DNA from: an uncultured cyanobacterium
GTDB lineage: Bacteria > Cyanobacteriota > Cyanobacteriia > Cyanobacteriales > Cyanobacteriaceae
DNA length: 64,000 bases
Direction of reading: 5' to 3'
Assembly (NCBI GenBank): GCA_963749915.1
Contig: CAVVOP010000021.1
Location: 64,001 to 128,000, forward strand
Position numbers and translations under genes: made by a program. Shown one piece after another: positions 40,236 to 50,204 of this stretch; the first letter of the stretch is position 1; every line of letters starts with the position of its first letter. The notes under the pieces are model-generated. The model did not search any database and had not been told where the DNA came from. It was given only the letters and a program-made list of their open reading frames with translations.

Positions 40236-40253
40236 TTTTCTATCATAAAGCAC

Positions 40254-40388
40254 CTAGTGCTTGAACAATTTTGAAATTAGGGGTTGTGGTAGCAGGGGAG
40301 AAGGGCGGTGGGAGTTGGCAGAGAAGATTTTTTGTTTGAGTTTTTAATCTTCTGTTTATCCTTCAAAACAAAGTTGTCAGAGTAGTAG
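40254..40388 (-). mobile_element. MITE of about 135 bp, copy 2
   Basis: Inverted near-identical copy of 19316-19449. Confidence 0.8.
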
Positions 40389-40424
40389 AAATAAATTGCC
40401 CCAACTATGCCGTTTTTGGCTACA

Positions 40425-43175
40425 TTAACGATTACCTACAGCTTTTGCTGGCGGTGGGTCAATTCGGTTGACGAAGATGGCCATCGGCACCATGGGCAGC
40501 ATTGGGAGTAAACAGATTAGCCACTGATTCCGGGTTAGCGGGGCTGTTTGAAATAGGGTATTCATCACCCCCCATTGGCTAAACAAAACCTGTAATACGA
40601 TTGAAGCGATGATACCACCAATCAGGATTGGTGCATTGGTGATACATTTTGACTGACGACGCATATAGTTGAACAAACTAATCCCCAATTGACTGATACT
40701 CAGAAGGTAGATAATGCGAGCAGCAACAAGGGCTTGAATTGCCATCGTACGTGCTACGGCAATATCTCCCGTTGTTGATTCAGCCCATTCAAAAATACCG
40801 AAAATCAGAATCCAGTTAAACAGGGAAACTGCCAAAATTCGACGTAATAATTTTGGGGTGAGCAACGGTTCATTGGGGTTACGCGGCGGCTGTTGCATCG
40901 TTCCATTAGATTTTGGTTCAAAAGCAAGAGGAACCGTCATGGTTAGCGAGTTGATCATGTTGAGCCAGAGCACTTGTAAGGCAAGAATGGGCAAATCTCG
41001 TGCGAGAAAGGCACTAATCAAGATAGTCATGGATTCACCACCATTGACGGGTAAGAGAAAGGCGATCGCTTTGCGCAAGTTTTGATAGACGGTACGCCCT
41101 TCTTCAACCGCCGCTTCGATGGAGGCAAAGTTATCATCGGTGAGCAGCATATCCGCGGATTCCCGTGCGACTTCCGTTCCTCCTTTCCCCATCGCAATGC
41201 CGATGTCGGCTTGTTTGAGAGCGGGTGCATCATTCACGCCATCCCCCGTCATGGCGACAATTTCTCCCTTAGACTGAAGTGCTTCTACCAGTTGCAGCTT
41301 CTGGGCAGGAGCGACTCTGGCAAACACCGATCCCGCTTCAACCGCTTGAGCAATTTGGCGATCGTCCATTTGGGATAATTGTTGCCCTTCAAAACCTAAA
41401 ACCTTTCCTGCTGTTTGAATGCCCATGCGTTGCGCGATCGCCTGTGCTGTAGCAATATGATCCCCGGTGATCATCTTCACCTGAATTCCGGCAGACTGAC
41501 AGGCATGGACGGCGGCGATCGCCTCGGGTCGGGGCGGGTCAATCATCCCTTGCAATCCCAGAAAGACCAAACCCGTTTCGATATCCTCGTGTTCGACCGA
41601 ATGCTGATGGGCGTGTACTTCCTTTTTGGCAAAGGCTAGCACCCGTAACCCTTGTTCTGCCATTTTTTCGACAACTTGCTCAATCTGTTCTGGGTGGAGG
41701 GTAATAGTAATAGTCTGTCCATTCCGATCTATCATCCGAGAGCAACGATTTATCAGTGCCTCCAATGCTCCTTTGATATAGATCGTACGGGGAGTTCCAT
41801 CATGCAAGGTTGCCATATATTGGTACTGGGATTCAAAGGGAATTGCATCTAGTCGAGGTCTTGAGGCTAATAGCCCTGATTGACTCAGACCTGCTTTTGC
41901 GGCGGCTGTAATCAGCGCCCCTTCCGTCGGATCGCCAACAACCGCCCAACCTTCCCCCTCTTGTTTTAGTTGAGAATCATTACACAGTAACCCAGACACC
42001 AGACAGTCTTCTAAACCTGGCGGCAACCCATCCTGGAATGGCTCACTGGGGTTGCCATTGGTCGTCAGACTCAGTTCTCCTTTGGGACTATAGCCGCTAC
42101 CGCTGACGGTATAGTATTGCCCCCCAGCGTAAATAGCTTGTACCGTCATTTGATTTTCCGTGAGCGTTCCCGTTTTGTCGGAACAAATGACCGTCGCGCT
42201 TCCCAAGGCCTCCACCGCCGGCAGCTTGCGAATAATGGCATGACGCTCGGCCATGCGGTTAACGCCAATGGCCAAGGTAATGGTGACCACTGCTGGCAGC
42301 CCTTCAGGAATGGCACTAACAGCTAGGGCAACAGCGGCTTCAAACATATAAAGCCAGGACTCTCCCTGCCCCAGCCCGATGGCGAAAGTTAGAGTTGCCA
42401 GGGTCAAAATTCCGTAGAGTAGGGTGCGGCTAAACTTGGCGAACTTACGGGTCAGCGGTGTACTGAGGCTGACTCGACTTTCCATGGACTGAGAAATCTG
42501 CCCAACTTCCGTGGCATTGGCGATGGCAACTACGATGCCCTTCCCCTGCCCAAAAGTGATGAAACTTCCTGCGAAGGCCATGTTGGTCCGTTCTGCTAGT
42601 GGGGTGTCCAGTGGTAAAGGTTCGACAGATTTATCGACGGGCACAGATTCCCCCGTCAGGGCAGACTCATCTACCTGCAAATTGCGAACCTTCAGCAGCC
42701 TCAGATCCGCTGGAACTTTATCTCCCGATGCCAGTAAGACTACATCTCCCACCACCAAATCCCGCGAGGGAATCCGTAGGGTTTGTCCCTCACGCAGCAC
42801 GGTTGTTTCTGTCGTTACCGCTTTGGCAAGGGACGCGATCGCATTTTCCGCCTTAGCTTCCTGAACATAGCCAATAATGGCATTGATAAAAGTAACGCCC
42901 CAAATTACTGCTGAATTTGTCCATGAACCCAGGAGTGCCTTAACAGTCCCCGCAAGCAGCAGAATATAGAGAAGCGGCTGATGAAATTGCAAGAGAAATC
43001 TCAACCAGGCTGATTTTCCAGGCTTGAATTTTAGTTCATTCCAGCCATACTTTTCATAGCGACTGGCGACTTCTTCTGCGGTTAAGCCTACTTCTGCATC
43101 GCTACCACAATATTCTATGACTTCTCGATCGTCCAGGTCATAATAAGAGCGCAATTGTAATTGAATTGGTATCAT
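40425..43175 (-). CDS. P-type cation-transporting ATPase (P2A-like)
   Basis: TGES, IPEGLP, DKTGTLT, TGD, GDGVNDAPAL. Confidence 0.95.
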   Translation of the reverse strand: MIPIQLQLRSYYDLDDREVIEYCGSDAEVGLTAEEVASRYEKYGWNELKFKPGKSAWLRFLLQFHQPLLYILLLAGTVKALLGSWTNSAVIWGVTFINAIIGYVQEAKAENAIASLAKAVTTETTVLREGQTLRIPSRDLVVGDVVLLASGDKVPADLRLLKVRNLQVDESALTGESVPVDKSVEPLPLDTPLAERTNMAFAGSFITFGQGKGIVVAIANATEVGQISQSMESRVSLSTPLTRKFAKFSRTLLYGILTLATLTFAIGLGQGESWLYMFEAAVALAVSAIPEGLPAVVTITLAIGVNRMAERHAIIRKLPAVEALGSATVICSDKTGTLTENQMTVQAIYAGGQYYTVSGSGYSPKGELSLTTNGNPSEPFQDGLPPGLEDCLVSGLLCNDSQLKQEGEGWAVVGDPTEGALITAAAKAGLSQSGLLASRPRLDAIPFESQYQYMATLHDGTPRTIYIKGALEALINRCSRMIDRNGQTITITLHPEQIEQVVEKMAEQGLRVLAFAKKEVHAHQHSVEHEDIETGLVFLGLQGMIDPPRPEAIAAVHACQSAGIQVKMITGDHIATAQAIAQRMGIQTAGKVLGFEGQQLSQMDDRQIAQAVEAGSVFARVAPAQKLQLVEALQSKGEIVAMTGDGVNDAPALKQADIGIAMGKGGTEVARESADMLLTDDNFASIEAAVEEGRTVYQNLRKAIAFLLPVNGGESMTILISAFLARDLPILALQVLWLNMINSLTMTVPLAFEPKSNGTMQQPPRNPNEPLLTPKLLRRILAVSLFNWILIFGIFEWAESTTGDIAVARTMAIQALVAARIIYLLSISQLGISLFNYMRRQSKCITNAPILIGGIIASIVLQVLFSQWGVMNTLFQTAPLTRNQWLICLLPMLPMVPMAIFVNRIDPPPAKAVGNR

Positions 43176-43275
43176 GTTCTTCCATTCAATAGTTTTACGG
43201 TTACATTTTCGGGGTTAAAGACTGGCAGAATAAATGCCACAACGCCACCAGATGTGCCAGATACCAGGGACTATG

Positions 43276-44100
43276 CTAATTATTTAAGGCGATCGCCATA
43301 GCCTTAGATGGGACAGTATGATAAACCTGGGCTAAATATTGCATAACCGCCTGGGAATCATTATAGGATAAAGGAATATCACCCAATACATCAAGGATAT
43401 TTTTATTTTCCGTTGGTGGCACAATTACCGCCAGAGAAGAATCTAAAGCTTCCTCATATTCCCAAAAATTATCGATGGTTAAAGGTGCGGCAGTTCTATT
43501 AGTATGGTGTTTACGCTTGGGAATTGACTTAATTTTACCCAACATTTCCGGCTGCAAAGTTTTACCCGATAGCTGCTGACTACGAGAAACCCGTAACGCT
43601 TCTAAAATTTGCTCTTTACTTCTACCCCTTAACTGAAATATGATAAAAGGGTCTTCACTAAAACGATCGGCTAATTGATAATAAACTGCACCAATATGTT
43701 TACAAGGGTTAGCCTTGTCAGGGCAAGTGCAACGAGATTTGACATCAGTTAAATTAAAGGGGAATAAACTTAAGCCATTTTTGATGAAAACTTGTTCTAT
43801 TTCTGAAGGCATTTCTCCTACTAATAATTGTGCCGCCAAAATTGACTTTTCGGACATACTTATAATCACATATCCCCAATCTTCATCAGAAAAAGCATCT
43901 AACCCTAATGTCACTTTATAAGGCTTTTCTTCTGTGCCTTGGACTTCCGCCACTAACTGGGATTGTTTAAACTCGATATTTAAAACATTACCTTCTCTCG
44001 AATAATTCCGTGCTCTTTCTAATCTTTTTTTAAAACGGTAAGAATCTAGTAATTCTAGCCATTTGTCTACCCACCATTGTCTATTAATCATGTTATCCAC
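43276..44100 (-). CDS. SWIM zinc finger family protein
   Basis: RLERARNY, CTCPD..NPCKH, DPF..FQLRG. Confidence 0.9.
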   Translation of the reverse strand: MDNMINRQWWVDKWLELLDSYRFKKRLERARNYSREGNVLNIEFKQSQLVAEVQGTEEKPYKVTLGLDAFSDEDWGYVIISMSEKSILAAQLLVGEMPSEIEQVFIKNGLSLFPFNLTDVKSRCTCPDKANPCKHIGAVYYQLADRFSEDPFIIFQLRGRSKEQILEALRVSRSQQLSGKTLQPEMLGKIKSIPKRKHHTNRTAAPLTIDNFWEYEEALDSSLAVIVPPTENKNILDVLGDIPLSYNDSQAVMQYLAQVYHTVPSKAMAIALNN

Positions 44101-44318
44101 TTTTTCCTAAAGTTATCAAAATTTTTGATACTTTTAATATTGTAATATTGCAAAGCGAAGTGCGAAAAGTGGGGTTCAACCTCTAACCTCGTAATCTGAA
44201 TTTATACAGTTTGACGTGCGGGATGTGGGGTGAAAATTTTTTTTTCATGGGGACTGCCTTCTGCCCTACCCTCGACCACATTGATATTTTCCAAAACCCT
44301 CGCAGTATTGCCACAGGA

Positions 44319-45161
44319 CTACCGTAACTTAGTAGTAAGTTGACGAGCTTTGTAAAAAGTCTCTAAACTATGGGTATCCCCCACAAAACGCCAATGCCAA
44401 GGCTCATAAATGATACCCTGTAAATTATCGGGGGTAAAAGATAACTCAAAACTGTATTTTGGCGCATTTTGACTTAACCATTTGTAAGCGGATGTCTTTT
44501 CAAAACTAGTATTTAAGTTAGTTGCAGGGGCGTTACCATCACCAATATCGATGGCATAACCTGTATGATGTTCACTATAACCCGGAGGTGCACTCACTTC
44601 TGCCCTTTTTGAGGTGGGTTGTTTTCGTTGTTCTTTTATCTGAAAAAAAAGGTATTCTTGATCTTTAATTGATCGAAACCCCGAAATCGGTGCTAGGATG
44701 ACACCTTGTGCCCTTGCGTCTTTCTGCATTTGTAAAAATTTATCGGCGGCTTTTTGTCTTAATTTAATTCCTCCATCGCGGGTGACAGCTTTTAACTCCA
44801 TTTGAGGGGCTTCCTCATAAACTAAATGTCCTAAAATATTATCGGGTATTTTTTCCTGGTTATTCGATTCTTCGGCAAATTTATCAGAAATAACGGAAGC
44901 AGTATTATTAACGGTTTCCGCAGGAGAAGGAACATTAACCTGTGGTGATTGGGGATTACGGCTAAACAAGAATAAAATCAATGCCAACAACCCCACGAGA
45001 GTGCCGATAACAGCAATATTAACCCTGCTTGTGGAGATCGAATTTGATTTAACAGTTTTGTTAGCTTCCCTTAAAGCGACTGGAATTTCATCCATAGACG
45101 TTACATTTCTTGACTTGATGTTAATTATTTTAGCCCTTTGTGGTGGATCAATCATCATCAT
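44319..45161 (-). CDS. D-alanyl-D-alanine carboxypeptidase (VanY/M15B)
   Basis: SGFRS, SAPPGYSEHHTGYAID, EPWHWRF. Confidence 0.92.
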   Translation of the reverse strand: MMMIDPPQRAKIINIKSRNVTSMDEIPVALREANKTVKSNSISTSRVNIAVIGTLVGLLALILFLFSRNPQSPQVNVPSPAETVNNTASVISDKFAEESNNQEKIPDNILGHLVYEEAPQMELKAVTRDGGIKLRQKAADKFLQMQKDARAQGVILAPISGFRSIKDQEYLFFQIKEQRKQPTSKRAEVSAPPGYSEHHTGYAIDIGDGNAPATNLNTSFEKTSAYKWLSQNAPKYSFELSFTPDNLQGIIYEPWHWRFVGDTHSLETFYKARQLTTKLR

Positions 45162-45276
45162 TATTAGTTTCAGCGTATCTTCAGCTAAATTTCAGGTAAA
45201 CTAGCTTTAATAAACGATAGACGATTAATAATAAGTTTAGATTAATTATTAAGAACTATTTAAGGACAAAATTAAA

Positions 45277-46122
45277 ATGAGTTACGATATTGAAAAATCC
45301 GTTATTAGCAGATACGACAATGGGGCAAAAGAACATCAACCTAGTTTATGTTGTCCTACAGAATATGATCCTAAATTTTTGCAAATTATTCCCGATGAAA
45401 TTATAGCAAAAGATTATGGTTGCGGTGATCCTACTTCATACGTTAACGAAGGAGAAATTGTGGTCGATTTAGGATCAGGGGTAGGAAAAAATTGTTATAT
45501 TATGGCTCAGAAAGTCGGCAAAAATGGTCAAGTTATCGGTATTGATTTTAATGATAACATGCTCAATTTATCCCGTAAATATCAACAACAAATTGGTGAT
45601 AAATTAGGTTATAGTAACACTAAATTTGTTAAGGGTAAAATTCAAGATTTAAAATTGCCTTTAGACAAGGTTGAATCCTTGTTAAAAAACAACCCTATTG
45701 ATAGCTTACAACAATTACGCACCTTTGAAATAGAATGCGATCGCCTCCGTAAAGAAGAAACCCTCATCAAAGATGATTCCATTGATGTAGTGGTCTCTAA
45801 TTGTGTTTTAAACTTAGTAAAACCTGAAGATAAAGAACAACTTTTTCGTGAAATTTATCGAGTGTTAAAATGGGGGGGGAAGGCCGTTATTTCTGATATA
45901 GTATGTGATCAAGATTTACCTCCAGAAATAATTAATGATCCCGAATTATGGAGTGGTTGTATAGCAGGAGCATTTAGGGAAGATTTATTTATTAAAATGT
46001 TTGAAAATGCCGAATTTAATGCCGTCGAAATAGTAGCCCGACAAAGCGAACCTTGGCAAGTCATTAAAGGTATCGAGTTTCGATCTTTAACCGTCAAAGC
46101 ATATAAGGGAAAAAAAGGATAA
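45277..46122 (+). CDS. SAM-dependent methyltransferase, ArsM-like
   Basis: LCCP, YGCGDP, VDLGSG.G, SNCVLNL, WSGCIAGA. Confidence 0.8.
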   Translation: MSYDIEKSVISRYDNGAKEHQPSLCCPTEYDPKFLQIIPDEIIAKDYGCGDPTSYVNEGEIVVDLGSGVGKNCYIMAQKVGKNGQVIGIDFNDNMLNLSRKYQQQIGDKLGYSNTKFVKGKIQDLKLPLDKVESLLKNNPIDSLQQLRTFEIECDRLRKEETLIKDDSIDVVVSNCVLNLVKPEDKEQLFREIYRVLKWGGKAVISDIVCDQDLPPEIINDPELWSGCIAGAFREDLFIKMFENAEFNAVEIVARQSEPWQVIKGIEFRSLTVKAYKGKKG

Positions 46123-46243
46123 AATTCACTTATGAAAACAAAAAAATCGCACTTTTGAACATTGATTATGAATCATTGAGGATTGCTATTTCACCCCATC
46201 AAGAGATAATAACAATATTAGTATTGTAAAAGTATTTAAACTA

Positions 46244-47200
46244 ATGAACCAACAAACCCTCAAAGCTTATCTCGATTTAATTCAAGGACTTTTGAGTTGT
46301 CCCAGAGGAGAAGAATGGATACTGCTAAGACAGAATGAAGAATTGGTTAATCCTGAACTAGTAGAAGTGATGGAACAAGTCGCCAGTCATTTAGCCATAG
46401 AAGGTCAAATCAAAGCAGCTAAGTATTTGCACAACTGGGCAGGGAAACTGCATCATATTTTGACAGAGAATGTTCCCACTCCCAAAAATAATAACGATAA
46501 AACCAAAGCCTATCTGGAACTTATCGAAGCCTTACTCAGTTCTCCCAAAGGTTCTGAAGAGGAAATTTTGGCAGCCCATCAGGAGTTAATCGGTCCAGAA
46601 TTAGTCAAGATCATGAAACAAGTCGCTAGTCAGATCGCAGCCGAAGGAGATCAAGAAAAAGCTAATTTGTTAAATAATTTGGCTACAGAGTTAAACAGCA
46701 CTTGGCTTAAAAACCATGAATTTCAACCGACTCTAAAAAAAGAGGTGGCTGCCGATCCTTGGTTAGAGGAGAATTCTCCACCAACACATCCATCAGAAAC
46801 AAAAACGGAAACAGAAACAAAAACAGAAATAGAAACCCAACCAACCGAAAATGAAATACCAGCGGTGGAAGAACCCGTAAGCCCATCTTCCGAACCGAAA
46901 ACTTCGAGGGAGGTACAACTGGCAGAACAGCTGGAGAAGATCGCCGATTCTTTAGCCAAGTTAGAAACCACCTTAGCTTCGCGACTGCAAGTATCAAACC
47001 CTTTATGGTATATGGATATTCTCGAAAAAGCCGAGACGGCCAACTGGATCTTAACCACTGATGAAATAGAACATTTAATCGGTATTAAACCCCAATGTCA
47101 TCACGAGGAGACTTCTTACCACAGAGGTAGCTGGATATTTATTAAAGCAGGAAAAATTGGCCCACAGACGGGCTGGCAAGTTAAGAAAGTTTCCGCCTAA
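46244..47200 (+). CDS. Hypothetical protein with duplicated N-terminal helical domain
   Basis: Two copies of KAYL.LI..LLS.P.G.E..L....EL..PELV..M.QVAS; acidic linker; coiled coil. Confidence 0.75.
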   Translation: MNQQTLKAYLDLIQGLLSCPRGEEWILLRQNEELVNPELVEVMEQVASHLAIEGQIKAAKYLHNWAGKLHHILTENVPTPKNNNDKTKAYLELIEALLSSPKGSEEEILAAHQELIGPELVKIMKQVASQIAAEGDQEKANLLNNLATELNSTWLKNHEFQPTLKKEVAADPWLEENSPPTHPSETKTETETKTEIETQPTENEIPAVEEPVSPSSEPKTSREVQLAEQLEKIADSLAKLETTLASRLQVSNPLWYMDILEKAETANWILTTDEIEHLIGIKPQCHHEETSYHRGSWIFIKAGKIGPQTGWQVKKVSA

Positions 47201-47641
47201 TCGGCTCAGGTACAAATAAATAATACATCTCTTTGTTTAACTCGTCGGTCTGGGGTGAACAATCTCTTTGTAATTACAATAATCACGTTTTGTTCTTTTA
47301 GAAGGGTCCTCAGGCTTTAGCTGTGCCGGGGTGCGATCGTTCAGAGTCAAGAACCTGAAAGGGTTATAAGACCTTATGGCGATCGCAAAAATATTAAGTG
47401 TTCCTCGATAATCTGTCAAATAAGCGAGAGAAGCTGGGCGGTCAGTCCTCAATCCATATCTCGCACTTCGGATTGTAGCTTTTAAGTTATTCCCCCAATA
47501 CTGCGAGGGATTTGAATAATTATGTGTTGTGACAAGGATAGGGAAGAGGGGGAAGCTTTCGGGTGTAGGTTTTTAATATTTGGGCGAAGGTGAGACTTGG
47601 AAGATGGGGAAGATGGGGAAGAGGGGGAAGAAAAATCCCAC

Positions 47642-47677
47642 ACTCCTCATTTGATCAAGACTCCTCATTTGATCAAG
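47642..47677. repeat. Perfect 18-bp tandem duplication ACTCCTCATTTGATCAAG x2
   Basis: Seen directly. Confidence 0.85.
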
Positions 47678-48064
47678 TTTTTCAGCTTAACCGAATTGAT
47701 AAGGGATAATAAAATTATTTTTGAGATTTTTTATACTTTGAGAATTCCTATGGTATAAGGGCCTCTAAAGATTTTAATGTGAATTAAAGTAACTAATTAT
47801 TATTATATGTTAACTTTGTGATTTCCCCTAAGATTATTAATTTAAAATGAGAAAGAGTGAAAGACAATATTAACTATTTGAGGGATTATTTTCCTGGTAA
47901 TAAAGGTAGATAAATGTGCAAAAAATGCTTAATACAATAATGTTAAAGTCTCCACCACAAACAGCTAACACAGCTAAAGCTCAATTTTCCTTCGGTCATT
48001 TAAATGTTAGCCCTCTACTTTTAAGTTATACATTATCAACTGTCAACTATCAACTGTTAAAACC

Positions 48065-48781
48065 ATGTCCGTGAATACATTAAAAATTGATGGTATTGAC
48101 GTAGCGGTAGAATCTGGTACATCAATATTAAAAGCCGCCCAAGAAGCGGGGATAAGGATTCCCACTCTCTGCCATTTTCAAGGGGTTTCCAATGTGGGAG
48201 CTTGTCGTATGTGTTTAGTGGAAATTAAAGGTAATTCTAATCTTGTATCGAGTTGCGTGACTGAGGCCCAAGAAGGGATGGAAGTTATTACTCGAACAGA
48301 GCAGTTACAAGAATATCGCAAAATGATTATAGAATTGCTTTTTGCTGAAGGTAATCATGTTTGTGCGGTATGTGTTGCTAACAATAATTGTCAACTGCAA
48401 GATATAGCAATTGAAGTGGGGATGGATCATACAAGGTTTAATTATCGTTACCCCCAAAGGGATGTTGATTTATCTCATCCGCAATTTGGCATTGATCATA
48501 ATCGCTGTATCCTCTGTACTAGATGCGTTCGAGTCTGTGCTGAAATTGAATCTGCCCATGTTTGGAATGTGGCATTTCGAGGGGCAGCGGCGAAAATCAT
48601 TAGTGGTTTGAATCAGCCTTGGGGAGAGGTATCCGCTTGTACTTCCTGCGGTAAATGTGTGGATGCTTGTCCTACGGGTAGTATTTTCCGTAAAGGTGAT
48701 ACCGTAGCGGAAACGGAAAAAGATCGTGATGAAATTGAATTTTTGAATAGAGCACGGGAGAAACATCAATGGACAAGATAA
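48065..48781 (+). CDS. hoxU: Bidirectional hydrogenase diaphorase subunit U
   Basis: IPTLCH, GACRMC, EGNHVCAVCVANNNC, CILCTRCVRVC, CTSCGKCVDACP. Confidence 0.96.
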   Translation: MSVNTLKIDGIDVAVESGTSILKAAQEAGIRIPTLCHFQGVSNVGACRMCLVEIKGNSNLVSSCVTEAQEGMEVITRTEQLQEYRKMIIELLFAEGNHVCAVCVANNNCQLQDIAIEVGMDHTRFNYRYPQRDVDLSHPQFGIDHNRCILCTRCVRVCAEIESAHVWNVAFRGAAAKIISGLNQPWGEVSACTSCGKCVDACPTGSIFRKGDTVAETEKDRDEIEFLNRAREKHQWTR

Positions 48782-49317
48782 GATTTGCAACGGTGTGGTT
48801 GGCTGGTTGTTCGGGTTGTCATATGTCATTCCTGGATCTAGATGAGTTTTTATTCGATGTTGCCGAGGCGGTGGATGTAGTTTATAGTCCTGTTGCTAGT
48901 GACATCAAAGAGTATCCCGACAATGTTGATATCTGTCTCGTGGAAGGTGCCATCGCCAATGAGGAAAATTTAAAATTACTATTGAAAGTAAGACAACGCA
49001 CTAAATTTTTAATTTCCTTCGGGGATTGTGCTGTAACTGCCAATGTGCCAGCTATGCGCAATATGTTAAACGGTACAGATCCAGTTTTAAAACGTTGCTA
49101 TTTAGAGTTAAGCGATGATTCGGGACAAATACCAAAAGACTCCGACATTGTACCGGAATTATTGGAAAAAGTACAGCCCATTCATCACCTGATAGATGTG
49201 GATTTATTCTTGCCGGGTTGCCCTCCTTCCGCCCAAAGAATCAAAGATGCCATCGCACCTCTGTTAAAAGGAGAAAGACCAGTCATGGAAGGGCGAGAAA
49301 TGATCAAATTTGGTTAA
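48769..49317 (+). CDS. hoxY: Bidirectional [NiFe] hydrogenase small subunit
   Basis: WLAGCSGCHMS, FGDCAV, PGCPP; overlaps the end of hoxU. Confidence 0.96.
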   Translation: MDKIRFATVWLAGCSGCHMSFLDLDEFLFDVAEAVDVVYSPVASDIKEYPDNVDICLVEGAIANEENLKLLLKVRQRTKFLISFGDCAVTANVPAMRNMLNGTDPVLKRCYLELSDDSGQIPKDSDIVPELLEKVQPIHHLIDVDLFLPGCPPSAQRIKDAIAPLLKGERPVMEGREMIKFG

Positions 49318-49362
49318 CATCAAAGACCATGATTAGAAATAGAAATCAACCTGAATTATGAT

Positions 49363-50112
49363 ATGGAAAATTCCACAGAATATATTACAACTCTTATTTC
49401 CTTACATCGGGGTTTAAAGCGTCAAGGACCTGGGGATGATAACTTATCTCATCAAATACTGAATAGTTTAAATTTACCAGTTCAACCAAAAATAGCTGAT
49501 CTAGGATGTGGAAGTGGAAGTGCATCCATATTACTAGCTCAGTTTTTTCATAGTCCAGTCATCGCCTTAGATATATCTGATTCCTTTCTGAAAGAGCTTA
49601 CAAATCGAGCTAAAATATTGAACCTAGATCATTTGATTACTCCTATTCAAGGAGATATGGCAAAGTTAGGCTGGTTGCCTAATTCTTTTGATTTATTTTG
49701 GTCTGAAGGGGCAGTATATAATATAGGGTTTGAAAAGGCTTTACATCTTTGGCGACCATTTTTAAAGGAAGGTGGCAAGGCAGTCATTTCCGAGATTAGC
49801 TGGTTTGTTCAAGATATTCCCGACAAACTTTTTGAATATTGGCACTCGATATATCCGAAAATAGCTACGGAGGAACAAAATATCTCTTTTGCCGAAACTG
49901 CCAATTTTAAAGTTCTTAACACTTATCGATTGTCTAGTCATTCTTGGTGGAAAAATTACTATAATCCCTTAAAAATAAATATAGAAAAATTTAATTCGAA
50001 CACTGATCCTATGAATCAATTAGTCATTAGTGAATTTGAGTCAGAAATGAATTTATTTAAAAAATATAGTGATTTCTATGGATATACTTTTTATGTTCTT
50101 CAAGCCTCTTAA
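49363..50112 (+). CDS. Class I SAM-dependent methyltransferase
   Basis: RQGPG, IADLGCGSG, FDLFWSEGAVYNIGF, YGYTFYV. Confidence 0.9.
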   Translation: MENSTEYITTLISLHRGLKRQGPGDDNLSHQILNSLNLPVQPKIADLGCGSGSASILLAQFFHSPVIALDISDSFLKELTNRAKILNLDHLITPIQGDMAKLGWLPNSFDLFWSEGAVYNIGFEKALHLWRPFLKEGGKAVISEISWFVQDIPDKLFEYWHSIYPKIATEEQNISFAETANFKVLNTYRLSSHSWWKNYYNPLKINIEKFNSNTDPMNQLVISEFESEMNLFKKYSDFYGYTFYVLQAS

Positions 50113-50204
50113 AAACTGAATAAGAGCCTTGATCACTTACCATAATTAAGATATTTGTAAAAAAAATAAGGATTATTTTAAATACTAATAATAAGGAGAT
50201 AAAA

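Noticed and set aside
40858..42864. Several short ORFs overlapping the P-type ATPase
   Set aside because: They are antisense or alternate-frame shadows, favoured by the higher GC content.
47237..47452. 71-aa minus-strand ORF upstream of hoxU, considered as a hoxE/hoxF remnant
   Set aside because: Wrong strand and no Fe-S or flavin motifs; could not be assigned.
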